This document shows positions 9,939-17,745 of a stretch of 32,000 nt of DNA, piece by piece. The number at the start of each line of letters is the position of its first letter. The stretch's first letter is position 1. The notes beneath the pieces are model-generated. The model was not told the DNA's origin and did not search any database. It worked only from the letters and a program-made list of their open reading frames with translations. Where the stretch lies: positions 870,001 to 902,000 of the forward strand of contig CP064993.1 in NCBI GenBank assembly GCA_016699955.1. The letters run 5' to 3'. The position numbers were made by a program, and so were the translations under genes. Source of the stretch: Candidatus Saccharimonadota bacterium (GTDB lineage Bacteria > Patescibacteriota > Saccharimonadia > Saccharimonadales > UBA4665).

Positions 9939-10862
9939 ATGGTTCGATTAAAAAAGAACTGGGTTCGGCCAGGTGTTTCGCTGATTTTCACGGCGGCAAT
10001 CATTATATTTGTGGTTCAGAACTGGCAGAAGTTTGTCGACAGCGTGCGCGTTATGCGCAGTGTTCCGCATAGCGATTTTTCAGCCAGTATTCCGCTTCTT
10101 ACGTTGACATTCTTTCTGGCTGCGGCGGCATATAGTTTTTTGGCGTTTCGCCGGCTAAAACTGCGGGAATTGTTTGTGGTTGAACTGGCGGCAGCGGCTA
10201 TAAATCGGCTGATTCCTTCTGGGCTTGGTGGTTTGGGCTTGCACGGTTTGTACTTACATAACCGCAAACATTCAACTGCTCAGGCGACAGCTGTTGTTAG
10301 TATAAATAACCTGCTCGGCATTTTTATCCATCTGTCGCTTTTATGCGCCGTTATTGCGTCAGGTGCTGCTGGGCAATTTCGTTTGGGATGGCAGCTTAAA
10401 CAGGGGTGGATTTTACTTGGGATCGTAATTTTGGTTGGCGCCTTACTTTTGATTGCGCCGGTGCGCAAAAAACTAAAACAGTTTGGACATAATTTGCTTG
10501 TAAGTTTTAAGCACTACGAAAAACAGCCTCACAAACTAGCGTATGCAGCGCTCGCACTGTTGGCGCTAACGCTCATAAATTTACTAATTTTACACCTTGC
10601 CACTCGTAGCTTTGGCGTCTTGCTCGATGCACCTTCACTGTTTGTTGTCTACACCGCAGGAGTTTTTATGGGGGCTGCGGTGCCTACGCCCGGTGGTTTG
10701 GCCGGTGTGGAAGCCGGTCTTGTCGGCGGCTTTCTAGCCTATGGTATAGCTGGCACTACCGCGCTTGCTATCGCGCTCTCTTTTCGTCTGGTAACTTACT
10801 GGGTGCCGATTGTGCCTGGTTTTATCTCGCTTATGATCTGCCGCCGGTTAAAGCTACTCTGA
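9939..10862 (+). CDS. UPF0104 / lysylphosphatidylglycerol-synthase-TM-region-like (flippase-like) membrane protein
   Basis: Polytopic 307 aa protein with RLIPSGLGGLGLHGLYL and VPTPGGLAGVEAGLVGGF, which are typical of the UPF0104 family. Confidence 0.6.
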   Translation: MVRLKKNWVRPGVSLIFTAAIIIFVVQNWQKFVDSVRVMRSVPHSDFSASIPLLTLTFFLAAAAYSFLAFRRLKLRELFVVELAAAAINRLIPSGLGGLGLHGLYLHNRKHSTAQATAVVSINNLLGIFIHLSLLCAVIASGAAGQFRLGWQLKQGWILLGIVILVGALLLIAPVRKKLKQFGHNLLVSFKHYEKQPHKLAYAALALLALTLINLLILHLATRSFGVLLDAPSLFVVYTAGVFMGAAVPTPGGLAGVEAGLVGGFLAYGIAGTTALAIALSFRLVTYWVPIVPGFISLMICRRLKLL

Positions 10863-10919
10863 AGTTGTATTGGCTAGTCATCTCAAGTAGAATAACATCT
10901 GGTATTTGATACTATTTGT

Positions 10920-10936
10920 TGGGGGTTGGCCAAGTG
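10920..10936 (+). repeat. Orphan copy of the first 17 nt of the tRNA-Gln gene (TGGGGGTTGGCCAAGTG)
   Basis: Identical to 11076..11092, which is the acceptor and D-arm start of the intact tRNA 156 nt downstream. The sequence diverges completely after this. Confidence 0.8.
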
Positions 10937-11075
10937 TGAGAGCCGTCTGCGGCGGGTCGCAAGGCAGTCTTTCAGATTTGCAGCTAGCCTGCTAGTATGA
11001 AAGCTGCGGGCTCGTTAAAGGTGAGTCGGATACCATTCGCAGCCAATGTACATTTTAAAATTTATCTATCAATAA

Positions 11076-11150
11076 TGGGGGTTGGCCAAGTGGTAAGGCA
11101 CCAGGTTTTGGTCCTGGCATTCGGGGGTTCGAATCCCTCACCCCCAGCCA
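11076..11150 (+). tRNA. tRNA-Gln (anticodon UUG), CCA encoded
   Basis: Manual fold: acceptor TGGGGGT/ACCCCCA, D arm GCC-AAGTGGTAA-GGC, anticodon arm CCAGG-TTTTGGT-CCTGG (TTG at positions 34-36), T arm GGGGG-TTCGAAT-CCCTC, discriminator G plus CCA. It closely resembles E. coli tRNA-Gln. Confidence 0.92.
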
Positions 11151-11167
11151 TGAAGTTTTATAGAGAA

Positions 11168-11200
11168 GAAAAATGCACATTTTTGTGCATTTTTTGTTTT
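11168..11200 (+). terminator. Rho-independent terminator after tRNA-Gln
   Basis: The hairpin pairs AAAAATGCACA with TGTGCATTTTT around a T-rich loop. A T-rich tail (TTTTGTTTT) follows. Confidence 0.65.
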
Positions 11201-11216
11201 CTCGATTTCACCACCT

Positions 11217-11246
11217 CTGTTATCTGGGGTTCGAATCCCTTAAGCC
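11217..11246 (+). repeat. tRNA T-arm-like fragment, direct-repeat copy 1 (CTGTTATCTGGGGTTCGAATCCCTTAAGCC)
   Basis: Contains GGGGTTCGAATCCCT, as in the tRNA-Gln T arm. It matches the copy at 19217..19246 at 24 of 30 positions. Confidence 0.7.
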
Positions 11247-11341
11247 GTATCTCTCTATTCTGATTGTGTTCTAGCCAGCACCCAAGAGTATTTTTCTAGG
11301 ACACTTACCTAGACATTTACCAGGACATTTATCAGTTTGTG

Positions 11342-11350
11342 TGATATAAT
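11342..11350 (+). promoter_or_regulatory. Extended -10 promoter element TGATATAAT, 6 nt upstream of the Fic ATG (leaderless-type)
   Basis: The exact 9-mer TGATATAAT also occurs at 12824..12832 and 19410..19418. There is no room for a Shine-Dalgarno sequence before the ATG at 11357. Confidence 0.5.
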
Positions 11351-11356
11351 TAAACT

Positions 11357-12343
11357 ATGAAAGACTACGCGCCGGTATATACAATTACATCTAAGATTAC
11401 CAGCTTGGTGTACCAGATAGCACAGGATTTGGAGCGTATTAATATTATTCGCGAGCAAGTTCTCACGCCTCACCTTCGTCGTGAAAATCGTATCAAGACT
11501 ATTCGTTCATCGCTCTATATTGAGGCAAACAGCCTAAGTCTAGAGCAAGTAGCTGATGTTATAGATGGTAAGAACGTTGTTGGCCCGTTGCAAGATATCA
11601 ACGAAGTAAAAAACGCCATGGAAGCGTACGATAGACTCTTGGACTGCGACCCATATAGCCTAAAAGATTTGCTAGCTGAGCACAAACTCATGACAAAGGA
11701 CACTGTAAACGAATCGGGTCGATTTCGTAGTCACGGGGTAGGCGTGTTTGCTGGTAACATCCCAATTCATGTTGCGCCTCCTGCGGAACAGGTTCCCCTA
11801 CTAGTCGAGCAGCTATTGTTTTGGGCAAAGACTGATAATTTACCGCAAATTATAAAATCGTGTATTTTCCATTATGAATTTGAGTTTATTCACCCGTTTG
11901 CCGACGGTAATGGTCGTATGGGCAGGATGTGGCAAACGCTACTTTTATACCAAGAAAACCCAGTGTTTGGGTGGTTGCCGGTAGAAACGATTGTTGCGAA
12001 TCGTCAAAGTCAATACTATGATGCAATCCAGCGCTCAACAAAAGAAAATGACAGTGCTATCTTCGCTGAATTTATGTTAACTGCGCTTGCAGAAGCTGTA
12101 GCGGAGTTCAAGAACAATCAAGGCTCGGTTGGCACACCGCTAGAACCACCACTCAGTAAAACCGAACAAGCGGTACTAGATACTATCCTGAGCAACCCTT
12201 ACGCTACCTACCAAGAGATTGCCCAAAAGATCGAAAAGACATCTAAAACTGTTCAGCGTGCATTAGTCAGTTTAAAAGACCGTGGAATCGTTTCTCGGGT
12301 AGGTTCGGACAAGACGGGGCATTGGGTGATAAGCAATACGTAA
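11357..12343 (+). CDS. Fic family protein (AMPylase-type fold) with C-terminal winged-helix DNA-binding domain
   Basis: Canonical Fic motif HPFADGNGRMGR (HxFx[D/E]GNGRxxR). The C-terminal LSKTEQAVLDTILSNPYATYQEIAQKIEKTSKTVQRALVSLKDRGIV looks like a wHTH. Confidence 0.88.
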   Translation: MKDYAPVYTITSKITSLVYQIAQDLERINIIREQVLTPHLRRENRIKTIRSSLYIEANSLSLEQVADVIDGKNVVGPLQDINEVKNAMEAYDRLLDCDPYSLKDLLAEHKLMTKDTVNESGRFRSHGVGVFAGNIPIHVAPPAEQVPLLVEQLLFWAKTDNLPQIIKSCIFHYEFEFIHPFADGNGRMGRMWQTLLLYQENPVFGWLPVETIVANRQSQYYDAIQRSTKENDSAIFAEFMLTALAEAVAEFKNNQGSVGTPLEPPLSKTEQAVLDTILSNPYATYQEIAQKIEKTSKTVQRALVSLKDRGIVSRVGSDKTGHWVISNT

Positions 12344-12393
12344 ACATCAACTAGAGCGCGTCGACAACATTAATTAGCTTGCATTTATAAGAT

Positions 12394-12504
12394 ATGTCTA
12401 CACAAGGCGAAGATAAAATCACACTGTATAGGTCACTCTTCCGTGGACGCGACGACATCTTCGCAAGACGATGGGAAAAAGACGGAAAATGCTACATTGT
12501 ATAG
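12394..12504 (+). pseudogene. 36-codon stump resembling the N-terminus of TOTE-type archaeo-eukaryotic-primase/helicase conflict-system proteins
   Basis: My own translation is MSTQGEDKITLYRSLFRGRDDIFARRWEKDGKCYIV*. From memory, the LFRGRxDVxAxRWE..GK motif sits at the N-terminus of much larger AEP/helicase proteins. Here it stops after 36 aa at the junction with the next fragment. Confidence 0.4.
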
Positions 12505-12700
12505 TACCGAGTTTAGGGATGATTTCGTTTAGCGCCAACTGTAGGGACCTCTTTCCTTGAGCTAGGAGCATAAGACTAATGACCTGAAAGGTAAGCACCC
12601 GTGACCGGGTGAAATCTTGCACGCTGCGTTTGTAACGAGTTATGAATGTTTTGTCGTGCAGGAGTGTTAGCGTACGCTCGAGATGAACTGTTTTTTTCAT
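12505..12700 (-). pseudogene. N-terminal fragment of a DDE transposase (IS4-superfamily-like)
   Basis: The first ~65 aa of track ORF 12419..12700 (..RYKRSVQDFTRSRVLTFQVISLMLLAQGKRSLQLALNEI) resemble the conserved DFTRxRxLxF..SLQxxL N-terminus of IS4-type transposases. No DDE domain follows. The rest of the ORF is antisense to the stump at 12394..12504. Confidence 0.4.
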
Positions 12701-12823
12701 AAGTACTCCACTATGTTAGTGGGTACTATTGTATCTTGGGAGCGTTACAAAATGCCAGTGGTTTTATTGGTGGGGGCTTAAGTTAACGGCAGCGAGGCAT
12801 AGACTCCATTAAATAAATTATTG

Positions 12824-12832
12824 TGATATAAT
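12824..12832 (+). promoter_or_regulatory. Extended -10 element TGATATAAT upstream of the secreted-protein cassette
   Basis: Same 9-mer as at 11342 and 19410. A GGAG Shine-Dalgarno sequence at 12860..12863 precedes the ATG at 12869. Confidence 0.45.
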
Positions 12833-12868
12833 GCTACCCAACAGAAGATAATAGAATATGGAGCTACT

Positions 12869-13408
12869 ATGATACGCAATAGATTATTCAATAAATTGAC
12901 ATTAGGTCTTGCTAGCCTCGCTCTCATACCAGTGGGTGTGGCGTACGCACTTATTACAGCTCAGGCGACCCTATCGGGCAACACTATTAGCGCTTCACCG
13001 GGCCTATTGATCAGTAAAGCTGGGTCAGCCTATGGCACCCAATTGAGTGGTTTTACATTTAATATCATCGTCGGGGACACTGCTACTCCTTCTGAGATAT
13101 TTACAATCAAAAACACAACCTCGAAACCACTTGCGATTGGTCTCGGCCTTGCAGAGGCAATCAGCTTTAGCGGTGGCACCGTCAATAACGACAAACTTAA
13201 CGCTATACTAAACTGTAGTGATTCTTCGATTACCGCAAACGGTACAGCCACAGCACTAGTTAATAGTTCTGTCATTTCAAGTACAAAACTTGCCGCAGGT
13301 GCAACAACAAACTGTACTGTATCATTCGGTATGGATGTGGATGCGATTACATCTGGGGCTGAGGTAACCTCAAACCCTTTTGCACTCAAATTGACCGCAC
13401 AAGAGTAG
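12869..13408 (+). CDS. Secreted small protein, TasA/camelysin-like (SipW-type signal-peptide-like N-terminus), paralogue 1
   Basis: The N-terminus KLTLGLASLALIPVGVAYALITAQATLSGNTISAS resembles the TasA-family signal and mature start. The body is Ser/Thr/Asn-rich and likely beta-rich (FTIKNTTSKPLAIGLGL). No family search was possible. Confidence 0.4.
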   Translation: MIRNRLFNKLTLGLASLALIPVGVAYALITAQATLSGNTISASPGLLISKAGSAYGTQLSGFTFNIIVGDTATPSEIFTIKNTTSKPLAIGLGLAEAISFSGGTVNNDKLNAILNCSDSSITANGTATALVNSSVISSTKLAAGATTNCTVSFGMDVDAITSGAEVTSNPFALKLTAQE

Positions 13409-13429
13409 CTTAGAGGCAAAAACTAAGTT

Positions 13430-13987
13430 ATGCGAATTCCACAGCTGCGAACTATCACACTACCTGTGTTTCTGACTCTCGTATTAATAGCTGAATATGC
13501 AATAATACCGTCAGCTTTTACCCTGGCACAAAGTAATCGAAAATCAAATATACTGGAAGTGCTTAACGACAAGGGCTCTTGGGTCAACAGCACTCGAGGT
13601 ATTCGTGCCACTGAAATTACCCCAGGTATTGGTGCATCAACATCCATCTACCTACGCAACGCAACAGATAAACCACTCGTGGTCAGACTCATTGTTACAG
13701 ATCGTCGGATTAACTCAACGGGTATCGATTCACTTGATTCAGTCATCGTGAAAGTAACTGGCGAACAATGCCAGCAAACCGTTTCGGCAACTCTAATGAA
13801 ACTCTCTAGCGGTGACTCGTTGCAGTTACCGTGTTCCCCTCTTGACGCAGGAGTCCAGGGCGATCCCCGTAGTGTAGCACGCAGTGGAAATTACACGCTT
13901 TCTCTCGACATAAAACCCGATAGCGACATGAAAGCACAGGTTCGCATAAACAACTTTGACCTGAAGTTTGAGGGCAAGCCGCTATGA
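13430..13987 (+). CDS. Secreted small protein, distant paralogue of 12869..13408
   Basis: Signal-anchor TLPVFLTLVLIAEYAIIPSAFTLA. ITPGIGASTSIYLRNATDKPLVVRLIV parallels TATPSEIFTIKNTTSKPLAIGLGL in the upstream protein. The gene overlaps the next ORF by 4 nt. Confidence 0.4.
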   Translation: MRIPQLRTITLPVFLTLVLIAEYAIIPSAFTLAQSNRKSNILEVLNDKGSWVNSTRGIRATEITPGIGASTSIYLRNATDKPLVVRLIVTDRRINSTGIDSLDSVIVKVTGEQCQQTVSATLMKLSSGDSLQLPCSPLDAGVQGDPRSVARSGNYTLSLDIKPDSDMKAQVRINNFDLKFEGKPL

Positions 13988-14355
13988 GTAGGCGGTTTAA
14001 TAGCCTGTTCGGGTTCCGTAGTGGTTACACAATTAAATTTTTGGTGTTATCGCCGTTATTATCACTGTCATTTTGCCTGTTTTTTTCCGCCAACCTTCTG
14101 GCACTTAATCCAAATACCGTTGAGGTCAGCAACAACCAAATAGTTGCCAAAACCAAACAAAAACCAACTTGTTATATGGATACTGTACGTATATCCGATG
14201 TTCAGGTTTGGGATGATCATTGCATTTACATGCTTAATAACGTTGGTATACTCGATGGCGGCAGCCTGACTATCCAGCCTGGAGTTATTTTGAAGGTACG
14301 GCAATACGACGTAAACCAGGTTGGAATCGAGGTTTCGGGGGCGGTAAACTTATAA
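13984..14355 (+). CDS. Signal-anchor plus first beta-helix module of the large secreted protein (probably the N-terminal part of one split gene)
   Basis: Hydrophobic N-terminus FLVLSPLLSLSFCLFFSANLLA, then LDGGSLTIQPGVILKV..GIEVSGAVNL. This is the first half of a module that is repeated in the next ORF. Confidence 0.6.
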   Translation: MSRRFNSLFGFRSGYTIKFLVLSPLLSLSFCLFFSANLLALNPNTVEVSNNQIVAKTKQKPTCYMDTVRISDVQVWDDHCIYMLNNVGILDGGSLTIQPGVILKVRQYDVNQVGIEVSGAVNL

Positions 14356-16589
14356 TGAATGGCACCCCTACGCGACACATTTACATGGCTTTTGGACATA
14401 ATGATTCTCTTGGGGGTAGTGATCCAAATGGTGGCAACGAAAATGAAGCCGTTCGCGTAGCTATCATGAGTAATGGGTCACTGGATATGCACTACACTGA
14501 TATTCGTGATTTTGAAGAGTCTTTGCATACACGTTGTAGCCTTGTAGATAGCCAGGTGAGTATCTCAGACAACATATTTCACGGCGATATTTATGCTAAT
14601 TATTGTGGTGAATCAAATCTTGAATTTAAGCGTAATCGTATAATAGACCATAATGCCTATCTTGATAACATTTCTGACCTTAGTGTTTTTATGCTTAACG
14701 GGGTAGATTCTAACACATTTGAGTCATTAGGTACGGCTAAGCTTAAAGTTAGTCAGTCTGTTTTACCCGCCGATAAATCATGGTTCGTAAACCCCGCTAG
14801 TGGTGTGCAGGTGCTTGAAGCTTCACTAATTTCTATTGATGGCTCACTTTCGATTGGACAAGACATGCAAGTTCACATGTTAAGCGAGTGTCGCGGATCA
14901 AGAGCGCTTGGAGTTAATAGTGGTGGGATTTTGTCTATCCAGCCAGGTGTAGTAGTAAGTATCGGCGATACCATCAGTAACTGCGTGGCATCGTATGGTA
15001 TTGATGTCTCAGAAAATGGAACTGTCGAGATGGATGGATCGCCCGATAAGCCAATCAGATTTACAAAACTCAGCAGCAGAAGCAGTGACTACTATAGGGT
15101 GGCAATGAGTGCACGCAATGCACGTAGGCTACGAATAAGCCATACTGAGTTCCAGTACGCGCAAAACGATCTCATTATCTCTGGGGCAAGCCAAGGAACC
15201 TTATCTCTTAGTGATAATTACTTTGGCGGCACGGTTAACATCCGTGATCGTTCCAAGACCGATACCTCGATTTTTCGCAACACCTTTGCTGGTGTTGGGC
15301 ATCCTGTGGTTAGTGGTGTCGGAAACCCTTCGGCATATCTTGAAAACTCAGATATTGCCATTCTTTCCTTTGACGGAGTTGAAGCAAATAAAATAATTAA
15401 AGATAATCAAAATGGATTAAGTGTTCAGTTTGTTAATAGCTACCTTAGCCATGACTCTTCTTGGACGCTACGTAAAGAGCATAATTTGCCAGCTCTCGTA
15501 ATAAATAATCTTACGATCAGGGGGCAACTTACCTTTAACCCAGGAACAAGTATCAAGATTGCTGACGGTGCATCTGGCATCACTACAAGTGGCGCAGGAG
15601 AGATACGAAGCAACGGTACTACTACTTCACCCATTGTCGTCACTGTATTGAGCGATGACAGCGTCGGAGGTGATACGTTAGGCGATGGAGTCACCGATAA
15701 TACGTCAACGTCCTACAAGGCCGCCTTTATCAACAACGGCGGTTACATCGCACTCTATAAGACCATGATCCTACATGCCAACAAGGCTTTCGTGGCCATT
15801 GATGGTGAGAGTATAATTGAGAATTCTGAACTATGGCTAGGCCATACTGGAGTTGTTAGTGAGGGTGGAAAAACCTTTATATATGAATCAAGTATTCATA
15901 ATTTCAGTTATGGCATTGCTAGTATAGGCGGGCAGGTGTCTGCGCGTGGGATAACGCTCGACGCAATGACAAACAAGGGGGTGGCATCTTGTAATTGGGA
16001 CCGCTTATTAAGAAGCCCAAATTGTCTAGTTGATGTAAGCTTCGCTGCCTGGATAGGCGGAGTAACTCCGGCCAATGATGGTATATGTGGTGCAGTAGTT
16101 TTTTCTCCGTGGTACGATGGAGACGGCACGAAGTATGACACAACAACAAAGCCAGCAACATCAAATAATTGTGACTCAGCCGCAACTGAAGCCGGTCAAC
16201 TTGTAACGATCAACAAATCATTTTTAGACCTTTTCAACAAAATCAGCATCGATTGCAATGATGGATTACAGGACGCATGCGCTGAGGCTAACAGACGACT
16301 TGCATGTATAGATGGTACGATAGATTTTGCTGACAAATACAAATTTATATCCTTCCCGTCTATCGAAGGTTTTGTAAAATCAACCTTTCTCGATAACATC
16401 TTTTCGCAGCTAAAGACAAATACTGACGCAATTGTGTACGATGGCGTAAGTGATGAGATCGTAGCGGTGCACGGCGACGCTATTGTCGAAACAGAAAGAA
16501 TGCTTAAAATCGCAGATGCACTTCAAAAATCAATCAGTCTATATAACGACCTAAACTACGTTTACGGCACATGCTCAAATATACAGTAA
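14355..16589 (+). CDS. Large secreted right-handed beta-helix-type repeat protein with Cys-containing C-terminal domain
   Basis: Recurrent modules: NSGGILSIQPGVVVSI..GIDVSENGTVEMDGSPDKPIRFT and IRGQLTFNPGTSIKIA..GITTSGAGEIRSNGTTTSPIVVTVLSDDSVGGDTLGDG. The ORF has no signal peptide of its own. The start overlaps the previous stop (TAATG). Confidence 0.6.
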   Translation: MNGTPTRHIYMAFGHNDSLGGSDPNGGNENEAVRVAIMSNGSLDMHYTDIRDFEESLHTRCSLVDSQVSISDNIFHGDIYANYCGESNLEFKRNRIIDHNAYLDNISDLSVFMLNGVDSNTFESLGTAKLKVSQSVLPADKSWFVNPASGVQVLEASLISIDGSLSIGQDMQVHMLSECRGSRALGVNSGGILSIQPGVVVSIGDTISNCVASYGIDVSENGTVEMDGSPDKPIRFTKLSSRSSDYYRVAMSARNARRLRISHTEFQYAQNDLIISGASQGTLSLSDNYFGGTVNIRDRSKTDTSIFRNTFAGVGHPVVSGVGNPSAYLENSDIAILSFDGVEANKIIKDNQNGLSVQFVNSYLSHDSSWTLRKEHNLPALVINNLTIRGQLTFNPGTSIKIADGASGITTSGAGEIRSNGTTTSPIVVTVLSDDSVGGDTLGDGVTDNTSTSYKAAFINNGGYIALYKTMILHANKAFVAIDGESIIENSELWLGHTGVVSEGGKTFIYESSIHNFSYGIASIGGQVSARGITLDAMTNKGVASCNWDRLLRSPNCLVDVSFAAWIGGVTPANDGICGAVVFSPWYDGDGTKYDTTTKPATSNNCDSAATEAGQLVTINKSFLDLFNKISIDCNDGLQDACAEANRRLACIDGTIDFADKYKFISFPSIEGFVKSTFLDNIFSQLKTNTDAIVYDGVSDEIVAVHGDAIVETERMLKIADALQKSISLYNDLNYVYGTCSNIQ

Positions 16590-16658
16590 AAATGTATATG
16601 ATTTGTCAATATTGGTCACGTTAAGGCTTCTGTCGTTTTTTTTGAACGCGCCGTTAAC

Positions 16659-17694
16659 TAACCTCAACTCGGCACAAGCCTCAGCCTTACACACCCAACA
16701 GTAGCGGTTGCGTCAGTAGCTTTTTCTCAGAATCTGTAAAGTTAAGACTGGGCTTTTTTGGTTGTAACTGATAGACGATGAGACCACTAATTAGATTGAC
16801 TCCAAAGTTAATGGGGCTTCGATGTCTGCTGTGCTCTATCTGTTCTTGGTTCTTGAGTTGATCATTGATTGCTTCAATGATGCCACGACCACGGAGCATC
16901 ACCTTATCTAACAGTGGGAGCAGTTTGTTCTTCATGTTTCGCCTAATACCCGTAATAAGCTGCGTAACCTGGTCCCAGAGCGCAGCAAACAAATCTTTCG
17001 AAATGTAGCCTCGGTCACCAAAAAGTTTACCGTGTATACGGTCGGCAAGCCTGGTAACTGTTTCAATACTGTTGTCGGGTGTATTACCGGGTGTTACGTA
17101 GAACGATACAATTTCACCGCATTCATTGACGATTAGGTGCAATTTGAAACCAAAGAACCAGCCCATACTACTCTTACCACGTTCAGCTAAACCCTTGAAG
17201 ACTCTGTTCCTGCGTATACGTCGGTTATGGCAGACGACCAGTTTAGTTGAGTCGATATAGTTCGCCGTAGTCGGGACACTGAGCAAGCATGCCAGAAACG
17301 TGAGTAGTGGCACATTAACCTCGCTCATGAGCCCCAAGAAACGGGTATAGCTGACTAACTTTGGGAAGTCAGCCCGCAGATTGGTACAAACATGATTGAG
17401 ATAGTAGTGTTTGGAATTCCGATGATTACTTTGATGGAAATGGATAATGATAGTAGGTACCTCACTCAGGCTAAGACGCCCTGGCTTGTTTCGTTGGCAT
17501 AGCCCAGAGCTAATCCGTTCGGCCCGCCATTTCGGTTCAAACTCCTGAAAAAATTCATCAATGATGTAGAATAAAGCTACCAGTTCCATATTGGCGTCTC
17601 CTTTTTTTGTTTATGTTGTACAAACAAAGCATAACAAGACTTACGTCCTGTTATCTAGACGAAACGAGGAGACGCTTATGTCGAGCTGAGGTTA
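16659..17694 (-). mobile_element. IS982-family insertion sequence (about 1.04 kb)
   Basis: Imperfect terminal inverted repeats: TAACCTCAACTCGGCACAAGC (16659..16679) and the reverse complement of 17674..17694 (TAACCTCAGCTCGACATAAGC), 18 of 21 matching. They enclose a single transposase ORF. Confidence 0.75.
16687..17589 (-). CDS. IS982 family DDE transposase
   Basis: 300 aa. DSTKLVVCHNRRI..GKSSMGWFFGFKLHLIVNECGEI..LFGDRGYISKDL..IIEAINDQLKN..IEHSRHRSP is the typical IS982 arrangement. Confidence 0.85.
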   Translation of the reverse strand: MELVALFYIIDEFFQEFEPKWRAERISSGLCQRNKPGRLSLSEVPTIIIHFHQSNHRNSKHYYLNHVCTNLRADFPKLVSYTRFLGLMSEVNVPLLTFLACLLSVPTTANYIDSTKLVVCHNRRIRRNRVFKGLAERGKSSMGWFFGFKLHLIVNECGEIVSFYVTPGNTPDNSIETVTRLADRIHGKLFGDRGYISKDLFAALWDQVTQLITGIRRNMKNKLLPLLDKVMLRGRGIIEAINDQLKNQEQIEHSRHRSPINFGVNLISGLIVYQLQPKKPSLNFTDSEKKLLTQPLLLGV

Positions 17695-17745
17695 ACTATA
17701 GTCGAAAAGTTGTATTTGAGATATTTTTCGATTATAGTAAGTATC

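Noticed and set aside
10937-11075. Idea that the orphan tRNA 5' end plus spacer is a tRNA interrupted by a group I intron
   Set aside because: A complete, uninterrupted tRNA-Gln follows immediately. The break is in the D arm, not the anticodon loop. The 139-nt spacer is too short, and I saw no P/Q/R/S-like elements.
10997-11263. 88-aa plus-strand ORF from the track
   Set aside because: It reads straight through the tRNA-Gln gene, its terminator and the tRNA-like fragment. No coding signal is apparent.
13030-13647. Minus-strand ORFs 13030..13419 and 13423..13647
   Set aside because: They are antisense to the two signal-peptide-bearing plus-strand genes that form an operon with proper spacing and a promoter.
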